Part shown: positions 47,925 to 57,968 of the stretch, in pieces
How the letters are laid out: each line of letters starts with the position of its first letter
How positions within the stretch are numbered: the first letter of the stretch is position 1
IMG/VR virus record: IMGVR_UViG_3300025362_000004
Location: 32,001-96,000 of that record
DNA length: 64,000 nucleotides
Direction: 5' to 3' (one strand)
Source of the DNA: a virus
The notes under the pieces: generated by a model
The model's database searches: none
What the model was told of the DNA's origin: nothing
What the model saw: only the letters and a program-made list of their open reading frames with translations
Program-made: the position numbers and the translations under genes

Positions 47925-48051
47925 AAAAATCTATAAGCGAGGTATAAAAATGGAAAATCGGAATATAAACCTAGTTTTAAATCAAGAGAGAACCAAGAAC
48001 TAGACATGGAAGTTTACTTCCATGTAAAATAAATGGAAGAGGTGCAATAAA

Positions 48052-48567
48052 ATGAGCAAATTTAAAAAAATACCATTATCAAAACAAACAAAACCATACC
48101 ACTCACGGACATATGGTCAATTAATTGAAGAAGATATGTTTTTCATCCTTGGCGAAAGACTAAAAATGTCTAATAATCCTTGTATATTGTTTATAGGAAC
48201 AGATAGTCAAACATTCTCACAAACAAAGGTTATTAGTGTTATTGCTGTCCATGAAATTGGACACGGCGGTTTCTGGTTCCATACAGTAGACTGGACAGAT
48301 GCATATAGAAAAGCTAGAATTGCAGAAAAAATTGCTGAAGAAACAGTTCGTTCAATCGAATTAGCTAAGAAAGTTATTAAGTTTGTTGAAGATAATAAAT
48401 TAGACGTAAGTATTAAAATCCATGCAGATGTTGGGCGTGGTAAACATAGTAAAACAAAAGAAATGATTAACTGGGTAGTTGCAATGATTGAAGCCGAAGG
48501 ATTTGAAGCGGAAATCAAACCAAACTCTTGGGCTGCATCAAGTATCGCAGATAGAATTTCAAAATAA
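48052..48567 (+). CDS. RNase H-like YkuK (DUF458) family protein
   Basis: IGTDSQ, E...SI..A, IHADVG and AASSIADR motifs. Confidence 0.88.
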   Translation: MSKFKKIPLSKQTKPYHSRTYGQLIEEDMFFILGERLKMSNNPCILFIGTDSQTFSQTKVISVIAVHEIGHGGFWFHTVDWTDAYRKARIAEKIAEETVRSIELAKKVIKFVEDNKLDVSIKIHADVGRGKHSKTKEMINWVVAMIEAEGFEAEIKPNSWAASSIADRISK

Positions 48568-48801
48568 AATTAAATAATGAATAAAATCTAGTAATGTAGA
48601 TTTTATTTTTTTTCTAATCTATGGTATAATATATATATAAGATAAACTTATAGAGGTGATTATTATTCCAAGAAAATGGACAAATAGCAAGGGAAACTCT
48701 ATATTTGTTGATAAAAGCAAAGATAGAAGATTAGACAAGTTAAGAAGAGAATTAAAAGAAAAAGAAAGACAGGAAAAGGAAGCTAAGAAACGGAGATAAA
48801 T

Positions 48802-49284
48802 ATGAAACGAAAAGTAATATTTTTAGATGTAGACGGAGTATTGAATAGCGAAAAATTTTTTATAGCAAGAAAACCAGGCTTAAATAAAGATAGCAATTAT
48901 CCTTATAGCCACTTAGATAATGATGCAGTTGGAAGATTTGCATATTTTGTTGCAGAACTTAAAAATAATTTTGAAGTTAAAATAGTTATTTCTTCGTCTT
49001 GGAGAGTAATGAATTATGATGAAATCAGACAAGTTCTTGCTAAAAACTTTATTGCGAGATATGATGAATTTACAAGAACAGAGTATAGTGATGGAGATAG
49101 AGGACAAGAAATTTTAAACTATTGTGCTTTTTATGGTATTGATGTATCTGAAATAATTGTTATTGATGATGATGATTTCGATATTAAAGATTATATCCCC
49201 GCAGAGAACTTCATTCATACCTCTTGGAAAAACGGATTAACCTACAAATTAGTTTCAGATTTCCTAAATAAATTAGCAGTGTAG
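48802..49284 (+). CDS. HAD phosphatase, RNA-repair-associated type
   Basis: FLDVDGVLN, IVISSSWR, RGQEI and IDDD motifs. Confidence 0.88.
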   Translation: MKRKVIFLDVDGVLNSEKFFIARKPGLNKDSNYPYSHLDNDAVGRFAYFVAELKNNFEVKIVISSSWRVMNYDEIRQVLAKNFIARYDEFTRTEYSDGDRGQEILNYCAFYGIDVSEIIVIDDDDFDIKDYIPAENFIHTSWKNGLTYKLVSDFLNKLAV

Positions 49285-49384
49285 ATTTGATTTTCTTTAT
49301 GGTTTATGATATAATTATATTATAACTAAGTGAGATATATAATATTATTTAGTTATCGGTCTTTGAAAAACAAATGAGAAATTA

Positions 49385-50266
49385 TCACTCATTTCATATG
49401 AAATTAATGGTGGCCTCAAAGCTGTTCGCGGCTTAAAGGTGGGTATCAACACGAACTCCAAAGGTTCGTTCGTAGTCCAAAAGACAAGGGGATATCGCTG
49501 TTATCATTAGTTGTTGTAAATTAATACCATCGGTGGTCATTTAGTAAAGTGAGAGTAGCGTCTCAAACTATACTATGGGAAAATGATTTTACTGCTGTTG
49601 ACGGGGAGAAATGCCTCTATAACACGGGTGGTAGTTGAACGTAGAAACCAGTAGAATTTTTAAATAATTAAGCAAATGCTAAATTTGTAGGTAATCAATC
49701 CTACCTATTACACGCCTTGTGCAATATAGAGACCTTGCTAGTCAATATATGTAATAGTCGCATAATGAATAAGTTGTATATGTATTGGACTTCCTAATCA
49801 GAAGACCCTAACGTAAGTTAGTACACTAAAACCCTAACTCTTGCTTGGAGTAAGTGGCGTATAAATGAGGTTGAAATACCTTTCGAGCCTGTTGAGGCAA
49901 ATTTATACGGCGAAACATATATAATTTAATTAGTGCATCGAGAAGCGACTCAGTATCTGGGGCCCGCGACCCTCCCAGGGCGTGGATGAGACCCAAGCGT
50001 AGATATGAAAACCGTTGAAACGGGTAAAACCGTGTATAATGAGTCAAGCCAATTCGAGTAAAAGCATAAAAACGGAAAAAAATACAGATACTTTCTTAAA
50101 GTGAAAGTTGACTTGTTTAAGACAGGTAAAATAGATTAAAGCCTACGTACTTGTGAGTAATCAATCTCACTATCCTTCGGGATATGTAATGAACCAACAC
50201 AGTTAATGAATAAACTTATTGGTAAGATAATAAATCCAATCCGTTAATTTTATATGAAATGAGTGA
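49385..50266 (+). ncRNA. Large structured ncRNA, domain 1 (~880 nt)
   Basis: 26-bp closing helix 49385-49410/50241-50266 with two G-U pairs; no ORF; promoter at ~49287. Confidence 0.75.
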
Positions 50267-50278
50267 ATAACACGAGGC

Positions 50279-51170
50279 AGTTTAGTGTCTCTAAAGGGAA
50301 AAGGTGGGTAACCATCTGGAAGGTATTTGACAAATATCGCTATGTAATATAGCCCGTCTAAACAAAAGTAGTCAAGTGAGAGTATTAAAAATGTAGCTCA
50401 CTCTTCAAGATAGTAACGAATTGTTGGAGAATAGATACTGTTATTATGTTAAAAGGAGTCAACGGCAAGTGCTTAGATTCTGTGGTTATCTCGTGGTGGG
50501 ATAATCGGCATATCCAAAAATAATAGAATTGAAAGAAAACTACAAGGGTAATAAGTATGAGGTTAGCAACTAAATGCAGTTACCCATTAAGTAAAGTAAA
50601 AATGGAGCTTTATTTAAAGTGAAAGTACCGCGAGGAAATCACAACGGAGATATTGAATATTTTGTGTCCCAAAAGGAAACGAAGTTCAGGTTGAAGTATA
50701 TCTTCTGTCAAAACAAACAATACATATGGGGGTTCGAGTCCCTCCCTAGCCTCCAATAAAAATTATATGGCTGGGTAGCTTAATGGGTAAAGCAGTTGTC
50801 TAAGAAACAATACATTTGTATAAGCGAAATCTTCAAAGATTTAAGATGAAAATGCCTTAATTCCACAGAGTAATACTTAATGTGGAGCAGTAAAACTCGC
50901 AAGGTAATACTGTTTGATAAGGAAATGCACGGCGTCTCTAGCGAGACTTAGTGAGTCGCAAGCTCACACGGTAATGGAATTGTCGATTAATCTTAAATGA
51001 CAGGGTGCTAAGCATCATCCTTCCAGAGATGGTAAAACAAAGCAGGCATGCTTCTAAACAGACCCGAGTCTGTGGATAAGTTAATTAACACGTGCAGATA
51101 AGCATCGCGTGGTACGATTAACTAAAGTAGGAGTATTAAAGATATAATCTCAGTCTTTAAAAACTAAACT
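50279..51170 (+). ncRNA. Large structured ncRNA, domain 2 (~890 nt, GOLLD-like candidate) with embedded permuted tRNA
   Basis: AGTTTAGT/ACTAAACT closing helix; terminator 51171-51195; no ORF. Confidence 0.7.
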
Positions 51171-51298
51171 AGCACTTCCGAGTGCTCTTTTTTTATGGAA
51201 TAAAAGTAAATACATAAATTAAAAATTGACTTTTGGTTTAAATTATGTTATAATTAAGTATAAAAAGATAGATATATATTTAATATTAGGAGAGTAAA

Positions 51299-51703
51299 AT
51301 GAATAGTACTGAAGCACACATAAAATATAACGATTTAATAACTAAATTAAAATTAACTTTACCTTATGGAAATTTTAATGATTTAAGCATTTCAGATTAC
51401 TTTAAAAATCGCAAGACTGGACCAAAGCGTTGGTTATATAATCGTCATCACATCTGTGAAATAGATATAAGCGGTTCAAGAATTATGCAATCAGGATATG
51501 CTAACTCAGAATCAATAATTGTAGATACAGATACTCATTGTGTATTACACTACTTAATTATTTTAAGTGGCAGGACTAGACCAGATTGGGGTATGCGATT
51601 ACAATTCGATAACATACATGAATGGGAAGAATCAATAAGAAGAGGTTGCAGAAAATATAATATACCATTTGATTATGAATGGCAAAAAAGTATAAGGAGT
51701 TAA
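51299..51703 (+). CDS. HNH-like protein
   Basis: RHHI.E....N.......H...H pattern. Confidence 0.55.
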   Translation: MNSTEAHIKYNDLITKLKLTLPYGNFNDLSISDYFKNRKTGPKRWLYNRHHICEIDISGSRIMQSGYANSESIIVDTDTHCVLHYLIILSGRTRPDWGMRLQFDNIHEWEESIRRGCRKYNIPFDYEWQKSIRS

Positions 51704-51706
51704 ATT

Positions 51707-51988
51707 ATGGGATTATTTAAAAAAAGAAAAGTACAAGCTGGATATACACGAGAAAAACCAACTCATGTAAAAGCACCACCAAAGAAAGAAGTTGAAGTGC
51801 GTGACTTTTATATAGAAGGTTTAAGCAAAGAGGAAATAATTGGCTTAATAAAAACGTCAAGAATACTACAAACTACTTGCTGGAATAATACAGGTGGACC
51901 AGCATACAAACATTACGAAACATTCTATCAGATAGATTACCGATATATTAGAGACTTGGTAAATATGATGGTGGAAGAAGATGAATAA
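51707..51988 (+). CDS. Hypothetical protein
   Basis: AGGAG RBS. Confidence 0.75.
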   Translation: MGLFKKRKVQAGYTREKPTHVKAPPKKEVEVRDFYIEGLSKEEIIGLIKTSRILQTTCWNNTGGPAYKHYETFYQIDYRYIRDLVNMMVEEDE

Positions 51989-52370
51989 AATAATTGAATG
52001 TTCAAGTAGAGGCGACAAAAGATTCAGTTCATTATACGCAAAGATGCCAGATGGATTTTCAATAGAACATCACTATCAAGTTAATATAAAAGGATATAAT
52101 ACTATTGCTGATGGAAAAAATAAAATTGGAAAATTATTTAGTTTTAAAAAGCAACTACGTAAATTTAAAGCACTTTGGATAGAATACTTAAGAGTTAATC
52201 CAGAGCTTTTTAAGTATCTTATTCAGAAGAGAAAAGAAGGGTACGACTTTAATGACTCATATGGTAAGCCCGGTGCGGCGAACCAAGCTACAACACTAAT
52301 GGAAATAATAGATGAATGGATAAGCGGAGAAGATTTTACAAGTTACGCAGACGACTATATTGAAGATTAA
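51981..52370 (+). CDS. NADAR-like protein
   Basis: ECSSRGDKRFSSLYA...SIE..YQ...KG...LW..YL..NP motif. Confidence 0.6.
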   Translation: MNKIIECSSRGDKRFSSLYAKMPDGFSIEHHYQVNIKGYNTIADGKNKIGKLFSFKKQLRKFKALWIEYLRVNPELFKYLIQKRKEGYDFNDSYGKPGAANQATTLMEIIDEWISGEDFTSYADDYIED

Positions 52371-52381
52371 AGGAGAATAGT

Positions 52382-52915
52382 ATGAGAAAACAAATGGTAT
52401 TAAATTTATTCGGTGGGCCTGGGACAGGCAAATCAACAGGAGCGGCTTATATATTTAGCAAATTAAAAATTGATGGATATGACGTAGAATTAGTTACGGA
52501 GTTTGCTAAAGATAAAGTATACGAAGATACAAAAGAAGTATGGAATAATCAACTTTATATATTCGGTAAACAGAGTTTTAGATTATCGAGAATAGAGGGA
52601 AAAGTAGATTTGATTATAACTGATGCACCGATATTGCTTTCAGTTTATTACAATCAAGGCAAGTTAAGTTGGCACTTCGATGAAATGGTAGAAGAATTTC
52701 ATAATGACTTTGATAATATAAATATATTTTTAAAAAGAGTTAAAGAATATAATCCTAAAGGAAGATTCCAGACAGAAAAGCAAGCAATACAGATTGATGA
52801 TGACGTAAAACAAATGCTAAGAGATTTAAACGAATCATATATATGTTATCCTGCTGATGAAGGCGGCTATCAAAGAATATATGAAAAAATCAAATTTGTA
52901 TTAGACAACCTATAA
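52382..52915 (+). CDS. P-loop nucleotide kinase/NadR-like ATPase
   Basis: NLFGGPGTGKST, EFAK, ITD and GR.Q motifs. Confidence 0.88.
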   Translation: MRKQMVLNLFGGPGTGKSTGAAYIFSKLKIDGYDVELVTEFAKDKVYEDTKEVWNNQLYIFGKQSFRLSRIEGKVDLIITDAPILLSVYYNQGKLSWHFDEMVEEFHNDFDNINIFLKRVKEYNPKGRFQTEKQAIQIDDDVKQMLRDLNESYICYPADEGGYQRIYEKIKFVLDNL

Positions 52916-53040
52916 ATGGTTGTTTTTTTATTCCATAGGCATATCAGAAAAGAATTGATTTTTTTATGAAATCGTGTTATACTATATATAAGAAGTTGGA
53001 ATATAGAGTTCCAATTAATAAATAAAAGAGGTGGAATAAT

Positions 53041-54927
53041 ATGGCAATACTTAATATTACCTATGGTTTATTTGGTGGAATTAATAATGTTGGGAACCCA
53101 GCATCATATGAAAGTACAACAGATTTACCAGTAACGCTACTAGACCCTACTAAGGAAGGATATACCTTTGTAGACTGGTATGATAATGGAGATTTTATCG
53201 GAGACCCTATAACAGAGATTCCGTTAGGAACAACATCAGACGAAGCAGTTTATGCTGAGTTTACAATTAATTCTTATGCATTACAATTTACAGACCATGA
53301 TGATACCGTTCTTCAAACGGCAGATTATGAATTTGGAGCTGACACAAGTGGAGTGACAGCACCAGTAGCTCCTACAAGAACTGGATATGTATTTAGCGCA
53401 TGGGATATATCAATTCCAGAAACAATGCCTGCGGCAGTAGTAACAATCCAAGCGATATATACAGCAGAACAACATGTATTAAGCTTTGAAAGCAATGGTG
53501 GTTCAGCAGTAACATCACTTACACAAGACACAGGTTCAGCAGTGGTTCAACCAGCTAACCCAACTAAAGAAGGATATGTATTCGATGATTGGTACAATGA
53601 AGTTGGATTATCAACAGCTTATGTATTTGATACAATGCCAGCAGTAGATACAGAAATCTATGCAGGTTGGACAGTAGTTCAATATACAATTACTTTTGAT
53701 AGTAATGGCGGTACAGTTGTAGCACCAATTACACAAGATTTTGGTACAGTAGTTACTGAACCTGCAGACCCAACTAAAGCAAACCTAAACTTTAGAGTAT
53801 GGTCTTCAGATGCAGAGTTGACTCAAGAATATATTTTTGATACAATGCCTGCAGAAGACATCACCGTATATGGATATTGGTATGCCGTTTTAACTTATGA
53901 TTCAAATGGTGGTAGTGCAGTAGCTCAAGAAAATGTTGGCGAAGGCAATACACCAGTAGAGCCTGATGCACCGATATTCGCAGGATATACATTTAATGGG
54001 TGGTATATAGATGATAATACATTCTTAGTGCCAGTTGATTTTGAAACTCCACTTACAGCAGATGAAGTATTTTATGCTGAATGGGTAGCAGTTCTTTATT
54101 CAGCACAATATTTAGATTGGGACGGGGCAGTTCTTCAAACAGCTAACTATGAATTCGGAGCAGATACAAGCGGAGTAACACCTCCAGCTGAACCAACTAG
54201 AACAGGTTGGACATTTACAGCTTGGGATTCAGTAGCACCAGCGACAATGCCAGTTGACGGAATAACTATTACAGCTACTTATACAATAGATGTAATCACA
54301 ATGACATTCGATACAGGTGTAGGTTCAGTAGTAGCACCGTATGTTCAAGACTATGGGACACCTGTAGTAGAACCTACAACTTCTGAAACTGGTTATACAT
54401 TTGATGGCTGGTTCGAAGAAGCAGAGTTTACAACTCCTTACGTATTTACAACAATGCCTGCGGCGAATTTAACAATTTATGCTAAACTTACAGAGTTGGT
54501 ATTTAATATTACTTACGTAAATGTATTAGGAATAGCACACACTAACCCTGCAACATACGAGTCAGATACGCCTGTCACATTCACAGACCCAACAACAACA
54601 ACAGGATATACTTTTAAAGGTTGGTATAATGCAATTAGACAAGGAACAGAAGTCTTAGGAACTACAACAGAAACTATTGGTAGTTTCACAGTATATGCTC
54701 AATGGGTTATGGTAAATAATCAAATTGCAATACCACAAGTTAATGCAGATGACACAGATTTAAGAATACCTACTTCTGCTATCAGAATATCTGGTACAGC
54801 AAAAACACCAACAGGATATGCAATGTGGGTTGAAACAGATAGTTATAAAAACTATACGTTCCCTACTAAATATGTTACATTGGCAGAAGCAGTAGCGGCT
54901 AGAGATGCTTTCTTAGCACTATTATAA
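53041..54927 (+). CDS. InlB B-repeat (Listeria-Bacteroides repeat) protein
   Basis: About eight FDSNGG...PT(K/R)EGY.F.GW...YA.W repeats. Confidence 0.92.
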   Translation: MAILNITYGLFGGINNVGNPASYESTTDLPVTLLDPTKEGYTFVDWYDNGDFIGDPITEIPLGTTSDEAVYAEFTINSYALQFTDHDDTVLQTADYEFGADTSGVTAPVAPTRTGYVFSAWDISIPETMPAAVVTIQAIYTAEQHVLSFESNGGSAVTSLTQDTGSAVVQPANPTKEGYVFDDWYNEVGLSTAYVFDTMPAVDTEIYAGWTVVQYTITFDSNGGTVVAPITQDFGTVVTEPADPTKANLNFRVWSSDAELTQEYIFDTMPAEDITVYGYWYAVLTYDSNGGSAVAQENVGEGNTPVEPDAPIFAGYTFNGWYIDDNTFLVPVDFETPLTADEVFYAEWVAVLYSAQYLDWDGAVLQTANYEFGADTSGVTPPAEPTRTGWTFTAWDSVAPATMPVDGITITATYTIDVITMTFDTGVGSVVAPYVQDYGTPVVEPTTSETGYTFDGWFEEAEFTTPYVFTTMPAANLTIYAKLTELVFNITYVNVLGIAHTNPATYESDTPVTFTDPTTTTGYTFKGWYNAIRQGTEVLGTTTETIGSFTVYAQWVMVNNQIAIPQVNADDTDLRIPTSAIRISGTAKTPTGYAMWVETDSYKNYTFPTKYVTLAEAVAARDAFLALL

Positions 54928-55113
54928 TATAGATTGTGCGACTTTTGAATAAAAAGTCGCATTTTTTATTATTGACTTTTTTCCAATTTTGTGATATAAT
55001 AAATTATAAAGATGTAAAGGTAAAGTTATTGGGAAATAACTACACAAAATTAAGAGCCTAGAACAGGTAGTCTGATTGCCACTTTAAATCAAAAAACTTA
55101 AAGGTGGTTTAAA

Positions 55114-55587
55114 ATGAAAAATTTAAAAAGAAAACTTATTGCGACATTCACAGTAATGATGTTTGCCTTACTGGCAACAATTGGAACAACTTATGCTTAC
55201 TGGAATTACTTTGTACATACAGAGTCTAGTATTACAGTAGAAGTTGGAGTAGCCGACAGAATAGTCGTAGCAATTAACACAACAGGTGCAGGTGCTTTAG
55301 TCCCAGCAGGACAATCTACAGGTGCTGAAGTTGAATCTATTGTATTGACTTATGATGTTTCAGTTACACAAGGTGCAGTTGACAGTGGTATTACAACATT
55401 ATCTGTAACAACAGCAAATGAATCAACAGCATTAGTTAACATCTCTGTTAGCGCGCCAACAACTTTAACAGTGGCTAATCAAACAGTTACGGTTACAGTT
55501 ACATTAGATTCCCCAGCAGACCAAGCGGCTTATGATGCTTTAATTGCAGCTGGGATTACATTCGACTTAGTTTTTACTATAGCGTAA
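55114..55587 (+). CDS. Secreted protein with SipW-type (TasA-like) signal peptide
   Basis: Basic N-terminus, hydrophobic helix, GTTYAYW. Confidence 0.75.
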   Translation: MKNLKRKLIATFTVMMFALLATIGTTYAYWNYFVHTESSITVEVGVADRIVVAINTTGAGALVPAGQSTGAEVESIVLTYDVSVTQGAVDSGITTLSVTTANESTALVNISVSAPTTLTVANQTVTVTVTLDSPADQAAYDALIAAGITFDLVFTIA

Positions 55588-55595
55588 GTCAGAAT

Positions 55596-55865
55596 ATGGC
55601 GAAAAGAATAGCAATCATTTGGCTTGTTATTGGAATGTTATTCCTAATGGGGATAAATCAAACTTACGCATATTCTTGGAATATATTACAAGAAACAAAA
55701 GCTAGTCAAATAACAGTTGGAGCATGGGATTATGCGCCTCAATGGAATTCTACAACAACTTACTTAAGGGGAGATATCGTAGAATATAATGGAATTAAAT
55801 ATGAGGCTAAAAAAACTAGTACAAACCAATTACCAACGAACAATAAATATTGGAGAACAGTTTAA
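55596..55865 (+). CDS. Secreted protein with carbohydrate-binding (CBM5/12-like) module
   Basis: TYAYSW signal; WNSTTTY.RGDIVEYNG..YEA.......P....W. Confidence 0.75.
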   Translation: MAKRIAIIWLVIGMLFLMGINQTYAYSWNILQETKASQITVGAWDYAPQWNSTTTYLRGDIVEYNGIKYEAKKTSTNQLPTNNKYWRTV

Positions 55866-55967
55866 TACGAACGCGGTTACCTTCGGGATAGCCGCATTTT
55901 GTTATTTAGATTTGATTATTTTTATAATCTATGTTATAATATAAGTATAAGAAAGGAGAATTATAAA

Positions 55968-56267
55968 ATGAAAAAATGGATTTTAGATACTTTATTTGCT
56001 TTAACACATATCCAACATTGGGTTAGGAATCATTCAACAAGTAAAGAGTTAGACAAGTGGTTTAACAAGGAAATAGAAAAAGGAACAAAGTTTAAAAGAG
56101 TTTATATATACGATACTTTAGATGAATACTGTGCGGAATTTGCTGGAATAGACTTATGGATAAAAAATATACCTTATGCTTGTTTTGTTATTAATGGTTT
56201 TATGCCAAAAAGAAGAACAGTCAATAAACTACAAAGGTTATTAATGGAGAGTTCATTAGATGTATAA
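55968..56267 (+). CDS. Hypothetical protein
   Basis: Promoter and AGGAG RBS. Confidence 0.75.
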   Translation: MKKWILDTLFALTHIQHWVRNHSTSKELDKWFNKEIEKGTKFKRVYIYDTLDEYCAEFAGIDLWIKNIPYACFVINGFMPKRRTVNKLQRLLMESSLDV

Positions 56268-56643
56268 AAATGTATTTACATATGAACCACATAAATACAC
56301 ATTAGCATTTATAGACTTAAACGGAACTATCTCGGGTGACCTTATGAAACAAATTAAATACCGCCAACCAAAAGTTATAGAAAAAATGCATAATTTTATT
56401 TCTTCTGTAGAACTTTCTATAGGCGATAACTTTACTATAGATGATTATGTATTTATAATTTCTCGTAAACACTACCGTAATAAAACAAATCTAATATTAA
56501 CAGAAAAGGCTCTTGAGGATTTAACTTTTAATCATATGAAAACAACTCTTGAAAATTTTCCAGAATTAAAACCATTATTAGATAAATTCAATATTGAAAT
56601 TTATGAAACTTCGGAATGGGGAGTTTGGGATAAACGTGACTAA
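56260..56643 (+). CDS. Hypothetical protein
   Basis: Coupled ORF. Confidence 0.75.
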   Translation: MYKNVFTYEPHKYTLAFIDLNGTISGDLMKQIKYRQPKVIEKMHNFISSVELSIGDNFTIDDYVFIISRKHYRNKTNLILTEKALEDLTFNHMKTTLENFPELKPLLDKFNIEIYETSEWGVWDKRD

Positions 56644-56867
56644 AATATCACATAAATATTCTTTTTTTATTCCAAAGTTGACAATTTTTTAAAATCGTAG
56701 TATAATATTAATGTAAAGATAAGAAATGCGGCGAAATTTAAACAAAAGAGCGAATATTTTATATTTCGGCAAAACACGTAAATTTCCGTCGTACCCCCGA
56801 ACTGGCAGTACCAGTTTTGGTATGGGTCAAATAGGGCGGCGCCGCAGATTTAGTCTTTATTTTTATT

Positions 56868-56945
56868 GGGAGTATAGTGTCAACTGGACAGCACGTCGGC
56901 CTTCAAACCCGTACAGCCCCAGTTCAATTCTGGGTACTCCTGCCA
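56868..56945 (+). tRNA. tRNA-Trp(TCA), UGA-decoding
   Basis: Acceptor GGGAGTA/TACTCCT, G73, loop CTTCAAA (anticodon 56903-56905), short variable loop. Confidence 0.85.
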
Positions 56946-56978
56946 ATATTACTGTCAAAGCGACGAGGGCGATACAAC

Positions 56979-57488
56979 ATGGATATTTGATTAATAATAG
57001 GAACAATAACTGGGCTTTTAGTAGGTATTACAGGGCTTTTAACATACTTTGAACATAGACGAGATGCAAAAGAGAATAAAAGAAAAAAAGCTACAATTGA
57101 AAAACAAGAGGAATTTAAAAAAGAAATAATAAATGAAGTAACTCATAGAACTGCTGAAGAAAGAGAAAGTTGTTTAGAAGAGAAATTGATCGATTATCTT
57201 GATAAAAAAACATACACTGAAAGACATGAAGAAGTTATTAAAGAAATACATAAATTATCAGGACAATTAACCAAACACTACTCAGAATCAATAGAAACAG
57301 AAAGACAAAGATTGGCTTCTGAAATAATTAATTTTGCAGAAGATATAAAAAATAAATTGCCAAAATCTTCAGTCGCATATGAACATATACATATATGTTA
57401 TAAACGATATAAAGATATTGGTGGAAATCATTATATAGATAAAGTGTTTGAATATATACAAAATAGCATGGGTGAAGATGATGTTTAA
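56979..57488 (+). CDS. Holin-like membrane protein (TGA=Trp at codon 4)
   Basis: MDI(W)LIIGTITGLLVGITGLLTYF TM helix in frame with the tracked 57186 ORF; Y..Y...GGN motif typical of lysis-cassette proteins. Confidence 0.7.
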
Positions 57489-57882
57489 AATTATTAGTTT
57501 TATCTGACAATTACCACAGAACTTAATAGGATTATTTTTATACTTGGTATTTGGAACTGCGAAACGCTATAAATATAAAGGAAAATATGTAGCTCATGCT
57601 AAAACAAACAAATGAGGTGCAATAAGTTTAGGAATGTTTATTATTTTCTTTGCTGATTACGGCGATGGAGAATATTATACAAATACAATAAATCATGAAT
57701 ATGGACATACAAAGCAATCAAAAATGTTAGGTCCATTTTATTTGTTAATAGTTGGATTACCTTCAATAATTTGAGCTAGTTGTTTTAAAGGGTATAGGGT
57801 GTCTACGGGCGCAAGCTACTACTGATTTTATACAGAGCATTGAGCTGATAAATTAGGTGGAGTTTCCCGCTGTAAAAAATAA
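57481..57882 (+). CDS. Membrane-associated HExxH protein (five TGA=Trp codons)
   Basis: (W)QLPQNLIG, (W)GAISLG, HEYGHTKQS, GLPS and YY(W)FYTEH(W)ADKLGG; TGA at 57505, 57613, 57772, 57823, 57841. Confidence 0.88.
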
Positions 57883-57968
57883 CAATACGAAAAGCAAGTT
57901 TATGAAATTTGCTTTTTTTTATAATTTATGGTATAATATATATATAAGATATGGAAATGGAGGTATTT

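Noticed and set aside
49330-51195. rRNA fragment or group II intron
   Set aside because: No recognisable 16S/23S conserved blocks, no domain V motif seen, no flanking exons or reverse transcriptase
56868-56945. Selenocysteine tRNA
   Set aside because: 7-bp acceptor stem and short variable loop; the in-frame TGA codons align with Trp, not Cys
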